64,000 bases of DNA from Apibacter sp. (GCA_031552575.1 JAVBMH010000014.1:44222-108221); one strand, 5' to 3'. Numbered from the stretch's first letter, positions 47,882 to 58,328 are shown. Notes: generated by a model not told the origin, from the letters alone. Translations and numbers: made by a program.

Positions 47882-49163
47882 ATTACTTGCCTCCGTACAT
47901 AAAGAATTTTTGCTCCTTATCAGGGATTTAGGAGGTTTGGCAACACTTTTCGTTATGCCTTCCATTCTTATCATTATAGTAACCCTAATTCAGAACAGCA
48001 CTTTCAAAGCCGTAGGAGAAGCAAAAATGCCAATTGTTCTGGTAGATAATGACAAAGGAGAAGTTGGGAAGATCATTTATTCCAATCTGAATTCTTCCAA
48101 ATTCTTTGATATTATAACTAAAGAAGAAGGGAAAAACATAGATGATTCCCTGGCCCGGAAACTGGTGAGCGAAGGAAAATACCAGATAGCCATTGTAATT
48201 CCTGACCGCTTAAGTGAAGTAATGAACAGCAGGGTAGAAGAAAATGTAGAAAAAATTCTGGAACAGTTTTCCGGAGAAGAAAAAGATTCCATACAACAAA
48301 AAACAAACAAAAAACACGAGCAGGCACAGGATATCAAAGTGTATTTTGATCCCGCAGCCGGACAATCGTTCCGAAATTCCGTGAAAAATAACATTGATAA
48401 AATGGTGGCAAAAGTGGAATCTCAAAAAATTTATCAGGTTTTTCAGGAACAAATGGGAGTGAAAATAGATATGGATCTTTCCCAAAATAACATTATTTCC
48501 TTTAAAGAAATCATAGCCCAGCAAGGAAAAGATGCCATTATTCCCAATGCAGTACAGCACAATGTTCCGGCTTGGTCGCTGTTCGGAATATTCTTTATCA
48601 TCATTCCTTTGGCTCTCAGCATTGTAAATGAAAAAAATTCAGGAACTTATATAAGACTACGAACCAGTCCGATATCATTTTCCCTTATCATGGGAGGAAA
48701 AATAATTACCTATAGCATCATTTGCCTTCTGCAATTCGGATTGATGCTTTTGATTGGAAGATTTATTTTCCCTTTGATCGGATTGATAGAATTTAATCCC
48801 GGAAATCAGTTGGTCGAAATGTTCATTATCGCCTTGTTCTCCGGATTGGCAGCCATCGGATTGGGAATTTTGATAGGAACCGTTGCCGAAACTCAGGAAC
48901 AAACTGCGCCTTTTTCCGCTATTCTGGTAATTATTTTGGCAGCATTGGGCGGAGTATGGGTTCCGACCTTTATTATGCCGGAATTCATGCAGAAAATATC
49001 CGCACTTACACCTATGAATTGGGGATTATCCGCCTTTTATGATGTAATTCTCAGAAACAGTTCATTCAGTGCCATTCTTTGGAATCTGGTTTATTTATTG
49101 TTGTTTTTTGGTTTCACCCAGATAGTAGCCATTATATATCATCACAAGAAAAATAATATCTAA
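47874..49163 (+). CDS. ABC-2 family transporter permease
   Basis: 429 aa. One N-terminal TM segment, a large loop, then 5 C-terminal TM segments. Overlaps the ATPase gene by 8 nt. Confidence 0.8.
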   Translation: MRKLLASVHKEFLLLIRDLGGLATLFVMPSILIIIVTLIQNSTFKAVGEAKMPIVLVDNDKGEVGKIIYSNLNSSKFFDIITKEEGKNIDDSLARKLVSEGKYQIAIVIPDRLSEVMNSRVEENVEKILEQFSGEEKDSIQQKTNKKHEQAQDIKVYFDPAAGQSFRNSVKNNIDKMVAKVESQKIYQVFQEQMGVKIDMDLSQNNIISFKEIIAQQGKDAIIPNAVQHNVPAWSLFGIFFIIIPLALSIVNEKNSGTYIRLRTSPISFSLIMGGKIITYSIICLLQFGLMLLIGRFIFPLIGLIEFNPGNQLVEMFIIALFSGLAAIGLGILIGTVAETQEQTAPFSAILVIILAALGGVWVPTFIMPEFMQKISALTPMNWGLSAFYDVILRNSSFSAILWNLVYLLLFFGFTQIVAIIYHHKKNNI

Positions 49164-49574
49164 ATGCTCCACAATAAAACACAATTCACCATCCGGTTTA
49201 ATGAAGTAGATTCCTTGGGAATCGTATGGCATGGCCATTATGTAACCTATTTTGAATTAGGTAGGGAATCTTTCGGAAGAGAATTTGGCATCACTTATTT
49301 AGATGTAAAAGAAAACGGAGTAGTCATTCCTGTAGTTCATTACGAATGCGGTTACAAACAATCCTTAAAATACGGAGAAACAGCAGAAATAGAAACCCAA
49401 TTTATTAACGATCCTGCTGCAAAACTTGTCTTTACCTATATCATAACCCATGAGCAAAAAGGAATAATTGCTACTGGAAAAACCATTCAGGTTTTTACCA
49501 GTCCGGAAGGAGAATTACAACTCAATCCGCCTCCTTTTTTTGAAGAATGGAAAAAGAAACATGGTTTGGTGTGA
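49164..49574 (+). CDS. 4HBT/YbgC-like acyl-CoA (acyl-ACP) thioesterase
   Basis: 136 aa, hotdog. N-terminal FTIRFNEVDSLGIVWHGHYVTYFE is the 4HBT active-site Asp pattern. Confidence 0.8.
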   Translation: MLHNKTQFTIRFNEVDSLGIVWHGHYVTYFELGRESFGREFGITYLDVKENGVVIPVVHYECGYKQSLKYGETAEIETQFINDPAAKLVFTYIITHEQKGIIATGKTIQVFTSPEGELQLNPPPFFEEWKKKHGLV

Positions 49575-49629
49575 AAAAGATTTCTCGACTAATAAAAATC
49601 AGGATTTATTTATCACCTGAACTTTTTTG

Positions 49630-49637
49630 TAATTTTG
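49630..49637 (+). promoter_or_regulatory. Candidate -7 box (TAATTTTG)
   Basis: TAnnTTTG match 22 nt upstream of the ATG at 49660. Confidence 0.3.
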
Positions 49638-49659
49638 CGAACCGTAGTTTTCTGACCGT

Positions 49660-50787
49660 ATGAAAGATATATTTATTTTAGGAGATCATATTATTTCATC
49701 CTTGGGAATGACTTCCAGGGAGAATTTTAATAAAGTTATCCAAAATGAGTCCGGAATCCGGTTACAGAATAAGTTGAATATCCATGATGAGCCTTTCTAT
49801 GCTTCGTTGATTGATGAAGAAACGCTTTCAGAAGTCGAAAAAGATATCCAAAATTTTTCTCATTATACCCGACTAGAAAAACTCATCATTTACTCCATTC
49901 AGTCATTAATCCGGGAAAATACCATCGAATTGGATGAAAAAACTCTGGTGGTATTATCTAGTACCAAAGGAAATATTTCCTTACTGAATCAGGAACAAGG
50001 ATTTTCTCCTGATAGGATTTATTTATCCGTTATGGCTAAGGAAATTCAGGAATACTTTAAACTAAAAAATGAGGTTATTATTATTTCCAATGCCTGTATT
50101 TCCGGTTCTCTGGCCATTTCCGTTGCACAAAATTTATTACAAAGTTCACAATATGAAAGAGCCATTGTAGTAGGAGCAGATGAAATCGGGAAGTTTGTTT
50201 TTTCCGGATTCACTTCCTTTCAGGCAGTAAGTCCGGAACCCTGTAAACCGTTTGATAAAAACCGGATAGGAGTGACATTGGGAGAAGCTATAGCTTCGGT
50301 ATATTTAAGTAAAGAATCCGGCAAAGGAGCCGTAAAAATAGAAGGAACCGGTTCGTATAACGATGCCAATCATATTTCTGGGCCTTCCCGAACTGGGGAA
50401 GGCTTGTACCGAAGTATTCAGACGGCACTTAAAGAATCAGAAAGAAAAACAATAGATTTTATTTCCGTACACGGAACGGCAACTCTTTACAACGATGAAA
50501 TGGAATCCATAGCTTTACAGCGTTCCGGTTTGTTGGATGTAGAAACTAATAGTTTCAAAGGTTATTACGGACATACACTCGGGGCCAGCGGAATTTTGGA
50601 AACTATTCTGAGTATTCATTCCCTAAAAAATGGAAAACTGATTAAATCCTTAGGATTTGAAGAACAAGGAACAACTCATCCCATGAATATTTTAAAGACA
50701 AATGCAGATAAAGACATCCGTTCGTTCCTGAAAACCGCATCCGGATTCGGAGGAAGTAATATTGCTACTATATTTTCAAAAGTTTAA
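49660..50787 (+). CDS. Beta-ketoacyl synthase (aryl-polyene type)
   Basis: Cys in ISNACISGSLAI; His motifs SVHGTATLYND and YGHTLGASG. Confidence 0.85.
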   Translation: MKDIFILGDHIISSLGMTSRENFNKVIQNESGIRLQNKLNIHDEPFYASLIDEETLSEVEKDIQNFSHYTRLEKLIIYSIQSLIRENTIELDEKTLVVLSSTKGNISLLNQEQGFSPDRIYLSVMAKEIQEYFKLKNEVIIISNACISGSLAISVAQNLLQSSQYERAIVVGADEIGKFVFSGFTSFQAVSPEPCKPFDKNRIGVTLGEAIASVYLSKESGKGAVKIEGTGSYNDANHISGPSRTGEGLYRSIQTALKESERKTIDFISVHGTATLYNDEMESIALQRSGLLDVETNSFKGYYGHTLGASGILETILSIHSLKNGKLIKSLGFEEQGTTHPMNILKTNADKDIRSFLKTASGFGGSNIATIFSKV

Positions 50788-50789
50788 AA

Positions 50790-51407
50790 ATGGAGAATAC
50801 CTATTACATCAGTTCCTATTGTCGAATAAAAAATAATCAGGTGGTTGTAAACGATCAGGTTATTTTGAACGATGAAGATTCCGATTCTCCATCTGTTTTT
50901 TTCAAAAAGATCTATACCTTTTTAAATACAGATTATCCCAAGTTTTATAAAATGGATTTGCTTTGCAAAGGAGGTTTTTTGGCAGCTGAATTGATTACCA
51001 AAGAACATTCCATACAGCAGGAAAATGTAGCCTTAATTTTTTCCAACCAATCATCCAGTTATGTTTCCGATAAAAAACATGCCGATGGAATTTTTGATCA
51101 GGAAAACCCGGTAGCCAGTCCGGCGGTTTTCGTTTATACACTTCCCAATATCCTGATGGGAGAACTCAGCATACGACACCAGCTGCACAGTGAAAATATT
51201 TTTTATATCTTTGACCGTTTTAATCCGGAGTTCCTGACTTTTCACAATCAACAGTTTTTGAATCAGGGAAAGGCAGACAAGATTCTGAGCGGCTGGATAG
51301 AAGTAAAAGAAGATGATTGTGATATTTTCTTATATCTGGTAGAAAAAGAAGGGAAATATCCTCATACACAAGAAGTAATAGAAAAATTATATACACAGAT
51401 TATATGA
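50790..51407 (+). CDS. Hypothetical KS-associated protein of aryl-polyene clusters
   Basis: 205 aa, wedged between a KS and an ACP with coupled starts. No catalytic Cys/His motif recognised. Confidence 0.4.
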   Translation: MENTYYISSYCRIKNNQVVVNDQVILNDEDSDSPSVFFKKIYTFLNTDYPKFYKMDLLCKGGFLAAELITKEHSIQQENVALIFSNQSSSYVSDKKHADGIFDQENPVASPAVFVYTLPNILMGELSIRHQLHSENIFYIFDRFNPEFLTFHNQQFLNQGKADKILSGWIEVKEDDCDIFLYLVEKEGKYPHTQEVIEKLYTQII

Positions 51408-51658
51408 CACTCAAAGAAAAATTAAAACAGAAAATCGTAACCCAGTTAAATCTGGAAGATATAAAACCGGAAGATATACAAGACGATACTCCGTTGTTTG
51501 GAGATGGTTTAGGTTTGGATTCCATTGATGCACTGGAATTGATCGTTTTACTGGATAAAACCTACGGAATAAAATTAGCTGATCCGAAAGCGGGAAGAAA
51601 AATATTTCACACCATCCAGACGATGGCGGATTATATTGAAGCTCACCGTACCAAGTAA
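51404..51658 (+). CDS. Acyl carrier protein
   Basis: 84 aa. LGLDSIDALELIV phosphopantetheinylation motif. Confidence 0.85.
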   Translation: MTLKEKLKQKIVTQLNLEDIKPEDIQDDTPLFGDGLGLDSIDALELIVLLDKTYGIKLADPKAGRKIFHTIQTMADYIEAHRTK

Positions 51659-52867
51659 ATGCAAAACCATTCTAAAATAGCCATAACTGGAATCGGGATT
51701 ATTTCTGCGATCGGAAATAATGTTCAGGAAAACTTTAAATCTCTTTCCCAGTCAAAGTCGGGAATAAAATACATTAAAATTCGGGATACTTTCCATAAAG
51801 GAAAATTATTGGCAGGAGAAATTGACCTTTCCAATGAACAATTATATGCTATTTTAGGATTAGATACATTGAAAGCTTATACACGTACCACATTGTTGGC
51901 GTTATGGGCAGCAAAGGAAGCTATCACTTCAGCACAACTCAATCTGAATGACGATTTTTCCACCGGATTGATTTCCGCTACTACAGTAGGAGGAATGGAT
52001 GCTTCCGAAAAATATTACAATGAATATCTGGTTTCAGATGAACATCTGAATTACATTCCAACTCATCATTGCGGTTATCACACTCATCAACTGGCAGAAG
52101 AATTAGGAATTAAAAACTTCACCACCACGTTGAGTACTGCTTGTTCCTCGGCAGCCAATGCCATTATGTTGGGAGCGAGGATGATAAAATCCGGATTATT
52201 GGATCGAGTGATAGTGGGCGGAGCCGATTGTTTGTCCAAATTTACGATCAACGGATTTAATTCCCTGATGATTTTTTCCGATGAACTTTGCAAACCTTTT
52301 GATGAAAACCGGAAAGGACTGAATTTAGGAGAAGCGGCTGCTTATTTGGTGTTGGAATCAGAAAGATCCGTAAAAGCACAAAATAAAAAGGTATTAGCCT
52401 ACTTGTCGGGATACGGAAATGCCAATGATGCTTTTCATCAGACTGCTTCTTCCGATGATGGAGACGGAGCTTTTCTGGCAATGGAAAAAGCATTGGAAGT
52501 TTCCGGATTAAAACCGGAAGAAATTGATTATATCAATGTTCACGGAACTGCGACTCCAAACAACGATTTAACTGAAGGAAAAGCGGTTTTACGCATTTTC
52601 GGAGGAAAAGAAAAAGTTCCCGATTTCAGCTCTACCAAATCCTTTACCGGTCATACGCTGGCAGCAGCGGGATCAGTGGAAGCAGTGTTTTCCGTACTGG
52701 CTTTGCAAAATCAGGTGATTTTCCCGAACCTGAATTTTTCTGAGCCTATTCAGGAACTGAATATTCAACCCCAAACAGAAGTAAAATCCAAAAAAATAGA
52801 ACATATCCTATCCAATTCCTTAGGATTCGGAGGAAATTGTTCAGCCCTTGTTTTTTCAAAATCATAA
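51659..52867 (+). CDS. Beta-ketoacyl-ACP synthase II-like (aryl-polyene elongating KS)
   Basis: Cys in LSTACSSAANAI; His motifs NVHGTATPNND and FTGHTLAAAG. Confidence 0.9.
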   Translation: MQNHSKIAITGIGIISAIGNNVQENFKSLSQSKSGIKYIKIRDTFHKGKLLAGEIDLSNEQLYAILGLDTLKAYTRTTLLALWAAKEAITSAQLNLNDDFSTGLISATTVGGMDASEKYYNEYLVSDEHLNYIPTHHCGYHTHQLAEELGIKNFTTTLSTACSSAANAIMLGARMIKSGLLDRVIVGGADCLSKFTINGFNSLMIFSDELCKPFDENRKGLNLGEAAAYLVLESERSVKAQNKKVLAYLSGYGNANDAFHQTASSDDGDGAFLAMEKALEVSGLKPEEIDYINVHGTATPNNDLTEGKAVLRIFGGKEKVPDFSSTKSFTGHTLAAAGSVEAVFSVLALQNQVIFPNLNFSEPIQELNIQPQTEVKSKKIEHILSNSLGFGGNCSALVFSKS

Positions 52868-52870
52868 CCT

Positions 52871-53926
52871 ATGAAGCCTGTTTATATTAACGGATTAGGA
52901 AATATTTCCATACAGCCCACCTACGAAGAAGATTATTTTCTGGAATCAGTCAGGGATTATGATACGAATGTTGTTTATGCACTAGAACCGGATTATAAAC
53001 AGTTCATTCCACCGATGCAGTTGAGACGGATGGGGAAAAGCATAAAAATGTCTTCCTATGCAGCCCAAAAAGCAATGGAAGAAGCCGGAGTTTCTTCACT
53101 GGATGCAATTATTACAGGAACCGGATTAGGTTGTCAGAAAGATTCCGAGAAGTTTTTGGAAGCCATGTTGGAAGATGAAAGTTCAGCACTTAATCCCACA
53201 CCATTTATACAATCTACACACAATATGGCTGCTGCTGCTGTTGCCTTGTCTATCGGGTGTAAAAACTACAATATGACTTATGTGGACGGAAGCACTTCGT
53301 TTGATTCCGCTTTATTTGATGCCTGGTTATATATTAATGAAAGAAAAAACCAAACCGTACTGGTAGGAAGTGTAGATGAAAATTCAGAAAAATTCAATAG
53401 TTTTTTTGACAGAATTAACTTGCTGAAAAAGGAATCTCCAAGTTTACATAATTTATTGAAATCGGAAACCGAAGGAACCGTTTTTTCCGAAGGAGCTTCT
53501 TTTTTTGTAGTTTCCGATGTTCCGGCTCAAACTACTTATGCAAAAGTAATTGCTGTTGAAAAGCAATTCAAACCTGAAAGTCCGGAAAAATTTATACAAT
53601 CTTTTCTGAATAAAAATCAACTTTCCGTTTCCGATATAGATGCTGTATTTTTAGGCTATAACGGAAATATAAAAGATAAAGCCAATTACGAAGTAATTGC
53701 CAATAACATTTTTAAAGAAACACAACAGTTGAGTTACAAAAATGTTTTTGGGGAAAACGATTCTTCTTCCGCTCATGCAACTTGGCTGGCAGCGAAAATC
53801 CTGAAAAAACAACAGATTCCGGAGAATTTAAAACTTAATAACAAAAATAGTTCTAAATTAGAAAACGTATTGATTTATCATCAGTTAGAAGGAAAAAATC
53901 ATAGCTTGATAGTACTTTCCCGATGA
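52871..53926 (+). CDS. KS-like protein lacking the canonical active-site Cys motif (chain-length-factor-like partner)
   Basis: 351 aa, thiolase-like length, directly after the KS. No xACxS nucleophile motif or KS His motifs seen. Confidence 0.55.
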   Translation: MKPVYINGLGNISIQPTYEEDYFLESVRDYDTNVVYALEPDYKQFIPPMQLRRMGKSIKMSSYAAQKAMEEAGVSSLDAIITGTGLGCQKDSEKFLEAMLEDESSALNPTPFIQSTHNMAAAAVALSIGCKNYNMTYVDGSTSFDSALFDAWLYINERKNQTVLVGSVDENSEKFNSFFDRINLLKKESPSLHNLLKSETEGTVFSEGASFFVVSDVPAQTTYAKVIAVEKQFKPESPEKFIQSFLNKNQLSVSDIDAVFLGYNGNIKDKANYEVIANNIFKETQQLSYKNVFGENDSSSAHATWLAAKILKKQQIPENLKLNNKNSSKLENVLIYHQLEGKNHSLIVLSR

Positions 53927-54693
53927 AATTTAAAATTACTCTGATTGCGATTATACTTATTTCAGGAATTTTTATACTCTGTAAAGTTCCTTTGATTTAC
54001 TACGGAATCCTTGTTTTTTCAGGATTGTTGATACTTGTTTTAGGAGTAATCAATATTCAGTGGAATTATTTCCTCATAGCTTATCACAAATCAACTCATT
54101 TAGAGAAGAAAATCAGTCTTACTTTTGATGATGGACCTTATCTGGAATTTACACCTCAGGTGTTGGATATTCTGCGAGAAAATCAGATACAGGCTACTTT
54201 TTTTTGTATCGGACAAAATGTAGAAAAATATCCTGAGTTGATAAAACGAATAACAGAAGAAGGACATACTTTAGGAAACCATAGTTTCACTCATTCTCAA
54301 TTTATTGATTTTAAAACTTCCGAAGGATGGAAAAAAGAAATCGAAAATACAGATCAGATAATTTTTGATCTGACAGGAAAGAAACCCAGTTTATTTCGTC
54401 CGCCTTATGGAATTACTACACCTCATTTAGCAAAAGTAATAAAGCAAACAAAACATAAAGTAATAGGCTGGACGGTTCGCCCATACGATACAGTAGAACA
54501 ACCAACAGAAAAGATCATACAAAAACTCAAGTCAAAAACTCAGGATGGAAATATCATTTTATTACATGATACTCATTCCCGGATTATTCCGGTTTTGCAA
54601 GAGATCATTCCTTATTTTAAATCAAAAAACTATACTTTTGTAACTGTGAATCAATTACTAAATTTACCGGATCATGATGAACCTGAAACATAA
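53923..54693 (+). CDS. Polysaccharide deacetylase (CE4) family protein, membrane-anchored
   Basis: Two N-terminal TM segments. NodB motifs LTFDDGP and GNHSFTHS. Confidence 0.85.
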   Translation: MKFKITLIAIILISGIFILCKVPLIYYGILVFSGLLILVLGVINIQWNYFLIAYHKSTHLEKKISLTFDDGPYLEFTPQVLDILRENQIQATFFCIGQNVEKYPELIKRITEEGHTLGNHSFTHSQFIDFKTSEGWKKEIENTDQIIFDLTGKKPSLFRPPYGITTPHLAKVIKQTKHKVIGWTVRPYDTVEQPTEKIIQKLKSKTQDGNIILLHDTHSRIIPVLQEIIPYFKSKNYTFVTVNQLLNLPDHDEPET

Positions 54694-55309
54694 ATTATTT
54701 TTCATTTTTTTTTTCTTTTCCCTTTTCGGATTTTCACAGAAAAAAGCATTGACAACGACTGAAATCAAAACATTTAAACAAAGTGTGGAAACCAATTCCG
54801 GAAAAATAACTTCGTTGGAAGCCAACTTTTCACAAAATAAACATATGGATTTTATGGAAAAAGATATCAAATCCAGTGGAAAACTCTATTTCAAATCCGG
54901 AAACGTACGTTGGGAATACACTTCACCTTACAGCTATTACATGATTTTGAAAGGAGATAAAATGTACATCAACGACAACGGAAAAAAGAAGGAAATAAAT
55001 ATGTCATCCAGCGAAATGCTGAAAGAACTAAGCAAAGTGATTTCCGGTTCTATGCAGGGAAAAAATATCTTTGATGAAACACGTTTCACCATTACGTATT
55101 ACAAAAACGGAAGCGATTATTTAGTTAATTTACTGGCGAAAGACAAAACCTTAAAAAAGTACATTAAACAAATTGAAATCACTTTTGACGGAAGTTCTTA
55201 TTTAGTGAATAAAGTGAAGGTAACCGAACCTTCTTCCGATTATACCGATATTACTTTTTCCGGTCAGAAAAAAAATACCTCTATACCCGATGCGAAATTT
55301 TCTTTTTAA
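54674..55309 (+). CDS. LolA-like outer-membrane lipoprotein carrier protein
   Basis: Signal peptide. About 210 aa, beta-rich, with a LolA-like pattern (ANFSQ...SGKLYFKSGNVRWEY). A conserved member of aryl-polyene clusters. Confidence 0.6.
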   Translation: MMNLKHKLFFIFFFFSLFGFSQKKALTTTEIKTFKQSVETNSGKITSLEANFSQNKHMDFMEKDIKSSGKLYFKSGNVRWEYTSPYSYYMILKGDKMYINDNGKKKEINMSSSEMLKELSKVISGSMQGKNIFDETRFTITYYKNGSDYLVNLLAKDKTLKKYIKQIEITFDGSSYLVNKVKVTEPSSDYTDITFSGQKKNTSIPDAKFSF

Positions 55310-55910
55310 TGTTTTTATAATCCTGACACTTTTTTCCTGTTCCTCTTACAAGGATAGTTTTATTTCTGTTCAGAAAACGCAGGAAAGCTTTACTCCAGCA
55401 TTCTTAACCGAGAAAAATTTGGAACAGATTTTTAAAATTAGTATTGAGGTTTACGGACATGATTTCGGAGGAGTTTTGGCGATTAAAAAGTTAGAATCGA
55501 AACATTACCGGATTGCCCTGATTACGGAAATTGGAGCCAAATTATTGGATTTTGAACTGATTAATGGAGAAATGAAACTCAATTATGGCATTGAGCAATT
55601 AAACCGGAAAATCATATTGAACATATTAAAGCAGGATTTTTTAATTCTGTTAAATGAAAATGCAGCAATACAATCCCAATATTCCTTTGAAGGTAATACG
55701 GTTTATCAGACCCAATTAAGTGGAAAAGATCTCTATTATTTTCTTGATTCCGGTTCCCTACAATTGCAAAAAAGTGTGTGGGCTTCCCGGAAAAAAGAAA
55801 AAACCGTTTTCACTTATCAGTATTCCGGTAAGGGTTTTCCGGATATAGAAATAGATCATAAATCTATAAAACTGAAAATTCAGTTGCGTTTACTGGAAAA
55901 TGAGCTTTAG
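55290..55910 (+). CDS. Lipoprotein of aryl-polyene clusters (DUF3261-like position)
   Basis: Lipobox ILTLFSCSS; 206 aa. Confidence 0.5.
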   Translation: MRNFLFNVFIILTLFSCSSYKDSFISVQKTQESFTPAFLTEKNLEQIFKISIEVYGHDFGGVLAIKKLESKHYRIALITEIGAKLLDFELINGEMKLNYGIEQLNRKIILNILKQDFLILLNENAAIQSQYSFEGNTVYQTQLSGKDLYYFLDSGSLQLQKSVWASRKKEKTVFTYQYSGKGFPDIEIDHKSIKLKIQLRLLENEL

Positions 55911-56002
55911 ATATAAGATATTAGATAAAAGATATAAGACAAAAGATTTTTCAATTCCTTATAATCTTATATCTTACGTCTTACATCTAATTAAAAAATA
56001 AG

Positions 56003-56010
56003 TACATTTG
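56003..56010 (+). promoter_or_regulatory. Candidate -7 box (TACATTTG)
   Basis: TAnnTTTG match just upstream of the 56018/56021/56030 candidate start codons. Confidence 0.3.
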
Positions 56011-56017
56011 TTGAAAT

Positions 56018-56419
56018 TTGATGCAGAAAATGACAGAAACCAAACCTTCTTTGTTAGAGAACTTTTATACAGTAGACACTATTTCGGAACTGGAAAAAAA
56101 TAAAATTTCCACTCAGGTTACTTTGAATAAAGAACATAAAATATTTGAAGGACATTTTCCCGGACATCCGGTAACGCCTGGAGTTTGCATGATGCAGATC
56201 GTTAAGGAAATCACGGAAAATTATCTGAATACTTCCCTGCAATTGCAAACCGCAGAAAATGTTAAGTTTATGGCAATCATTAATCCAGAAGAAAACTCCA
56301 AAATTGGAATAGATTTTGAGATTAAAGAAGATGACGATAAAGTAACCGTGAAAAGCGTTACCCGATTTGAAGATACCATTGCCTTAAAATTTAGTGGAAT
56401 TTATAACAGAAAATCATGA
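56018..56419 (+). CDS. FabZ/FabA-like 3-hydroxyacyl-ACP dehydratase
   Basis: Catalytic His context FEGHFPGHPVTPGVCMMQ. The true start may be the ATG at 56021 or 56030. Confidence 0.8.
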   Translation: MMQKMTETKPSLLENFYTVDTISELEKNKISTQVTLNKEHKIFEGHFPGHPVTPGVCMMQIVKEITENYLNTSLQLQTAENVKFMAIINPEENSKIGIDFEIKEDDDKVTVKSVTRFEDTIALKFSGIYNRKS

Positions 56420-56862
56420 AAACCCGATTACTTATATTTTTAACCACTTTTTCCTTGTTTCTGTCGGCTCAGTCTCTTTCATCCATAAGGGAAGCCTATA
56501 GAACCGCCGTAGATTCAAAAGAAAAAGCAGGAGCATTTTTTGATGATTTGAAATCCGTACAACAATCCAACGGAACAGTATTAATGGCTTACAAAGGAGC
56601 TGCTTATATGTTGTTGGCAAAATATGAGCCTTTGACCAATAAAAAATCGCAGATAAAGAACGGAAAAGCCTGGATAGAATCTTACGTGAAAAACAATCCG
56701 GACGATGTAGAAGGAAGATTTGTACGGTTGACCATTCAGCAGAATTTACCCAAAATAGCAGGTTACAGTCAGAATATAGACGAAGATAAAGAATTTATAA
56801 AGAAGAAATTACCAACGGTGACCGACTCCCAGTTGAAAAAAATGCTGGAAACCATAAAATAA
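56416..56862 (+). CDS. Hypothetical exported protein
   Basis: Signal peptide MKTRLLIFLTTFSLFLSAQS; helical, 148 aa. Confidence 0.45.
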   Translation: MKTRLLIFLTTFSLFLSAQSLSSIREAYRTAVDSKEKAGAFFDDLKSVQQSNGTVLMAYKGAAYMLLAKYEPLTNKKSQIKNGKAWIESYVKNNPDDVEGRFVRLTIQQNLPKIAGYSQNIDEDKEFIKKKLPTVTDSQLKKMLETIK

Positions 56863-56886
56863 AATAACAACAACTAACTCAAGCTC

Positions 56887-58065
56887 TTGGAACGGAACGA
56901 TTGTTTGCACAGCATAAATGCCTGTGTTATTATTCCCACCTATAATAATGCTAAAACTCTTCGGAAACTTATAGATGGAGTTTTGGTTTATACTCCTCGT
57001 ATTATCATTGTAAACGACGGTTCTACTGATGAAACCCCAGCTATAATTCAACAATATCCAAATTTGTGTATAGAAAATCATTCTGTAAATCAGGGAAAGG
57101 GGAAAGCGATCCGGACCGGTTTTGCCAAAGCATTGGAGAAAGGTTTTGATTATGCCCTAACCATTGATTCCGATGGACAGCATTATCCGGATGATATTCC
57201 CCATTTTGTGAAAGAAATAGAAGAAAACGGAGAAGCATTGATCATCGGAAGCCGGAATATGACTCAGGAAGGAATTCCCAAAGGAAGCAGTTTCGGCAAT
57301 AAATTTTCCAATTTCTGGTTTCGGGTTGAAACAGGAATTGATTTAACCGATACCCAATCCGGATTTCGTTTATATCCCATTAAAAAATTACAAAATATTC
57401 GTTTTTTTACTACCAAATATGAATTTGAAATAGAAATTATTGTCCGGGCGGCATGGAGAGGAATTCCGGTAAAAAATATTCCAATTAAGGTTCTGTATGA
57501 TAAAACTGAAAGAGTTTCTCATTTCAGGCCGTATAAGGATTTTGCCCGAATCACGGTGGTAAATACCATTCTGGTTACCATTGCTTTTTTATACATCAAA
57601 CCCCGGGACTATTTCAGAAAATATAAAAAAAAAGGATTTAAACGTTTTTTTCTGGAAGATTTCCTCCATAGTGATGATTCTCCTTCCAAAAAATCCTTTT
57701 CTGTAGCTTTGGGAGTGTTCATTGGGTTATCTCCTTTTTGGGGATTTCAGACGGCGTTGGCAATTTTCCTCGCTATATTTTTTAAATTGAATAAACTGAT
57801 TTCCTTTGCTTTTTCTAATGTCAGCCTTCCACCATTGATTCCATTTATTGTCTATGGCGGATGCAAAACAGGAAATTTCCTGATAGGAAAAGGAGATTTG
57901 AATTTGCAATGGGACGATTTCGAATCCTACAAAGACATGGCCGGACAGAATATAAAGGAATATATTCTCGGAAGTTTTACCCTTGCATTCATCGGTTCTT
58001 TATTGGCAGGAATTATTAGTTACCTGTTTTTAAATGTAAGAAAGAACAAAGTTTCCTCATTTTAG
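56887..58065 (+). CDS. Family-2 glycosyltransferase fused to a C-terminal membrane (DUF2062-like) domain
   Basis: VIIPTYNNAKTL, IIVNDGSTDET, TIDSDGQHYP (DxD region). The C-terminal 130 aa hold 3-4 TM segments. Non-ATG (TTG) start. Confidence 0.75.
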   Translation: MERNDCLHSINACVIIPTYNNAKTLRKLIDGVLVYTPRIIIVNDGSTDETPAIIQQYPNLCIENHSVNQGKGKAIRTGFAKALEKGFDYALTIDSDGQHYPDDIPHFVKEIEENGEALIIGSRNMTQEGIPKGSSFGNKFSNFWFRVETGIDLTDTQSGFRLYPIKKLQNIRFFTTKYEFEIEIIVRAAWRGIPVKNIPIKVLYDKTERVSHFRPYKDFARITVVNTILVTIAFLYIKPRDYFRKYKKKGFKRFFLEDFLHSDDSPSKKSFSVALGVFIGLSPFWGFQTALAIFLAIFFKLNKLISFAFSNVSLPPLIPFIVYGGCKTGNFLIGKGDLNLQWDDFESYKDMAGQNIKEYILGSFTLAFIGSLLAGIISYLFLNVRKNKVSSF

Positions 58066-58328
58066 TTGGTGTAAATGATATTCAAATAAAATAATCAAAA
58101 TTATTTTATTGTATAACAACTATTTACGATCTATTCTTCTCAATATATTTTATCTCAATATTGTATGTGGTATTAACTATTTCGATAAATATTTAATAAT
58201 ATCTTAATTTAATGTAATTATAAATACATAATTAATAATATAGCATAAATTTATAAAAATAAATTCATTTTCATAATTATTTTTCCTTATATTTGAGCTA
58301 AACAAACTATTAATCAAAATTTACGCTC

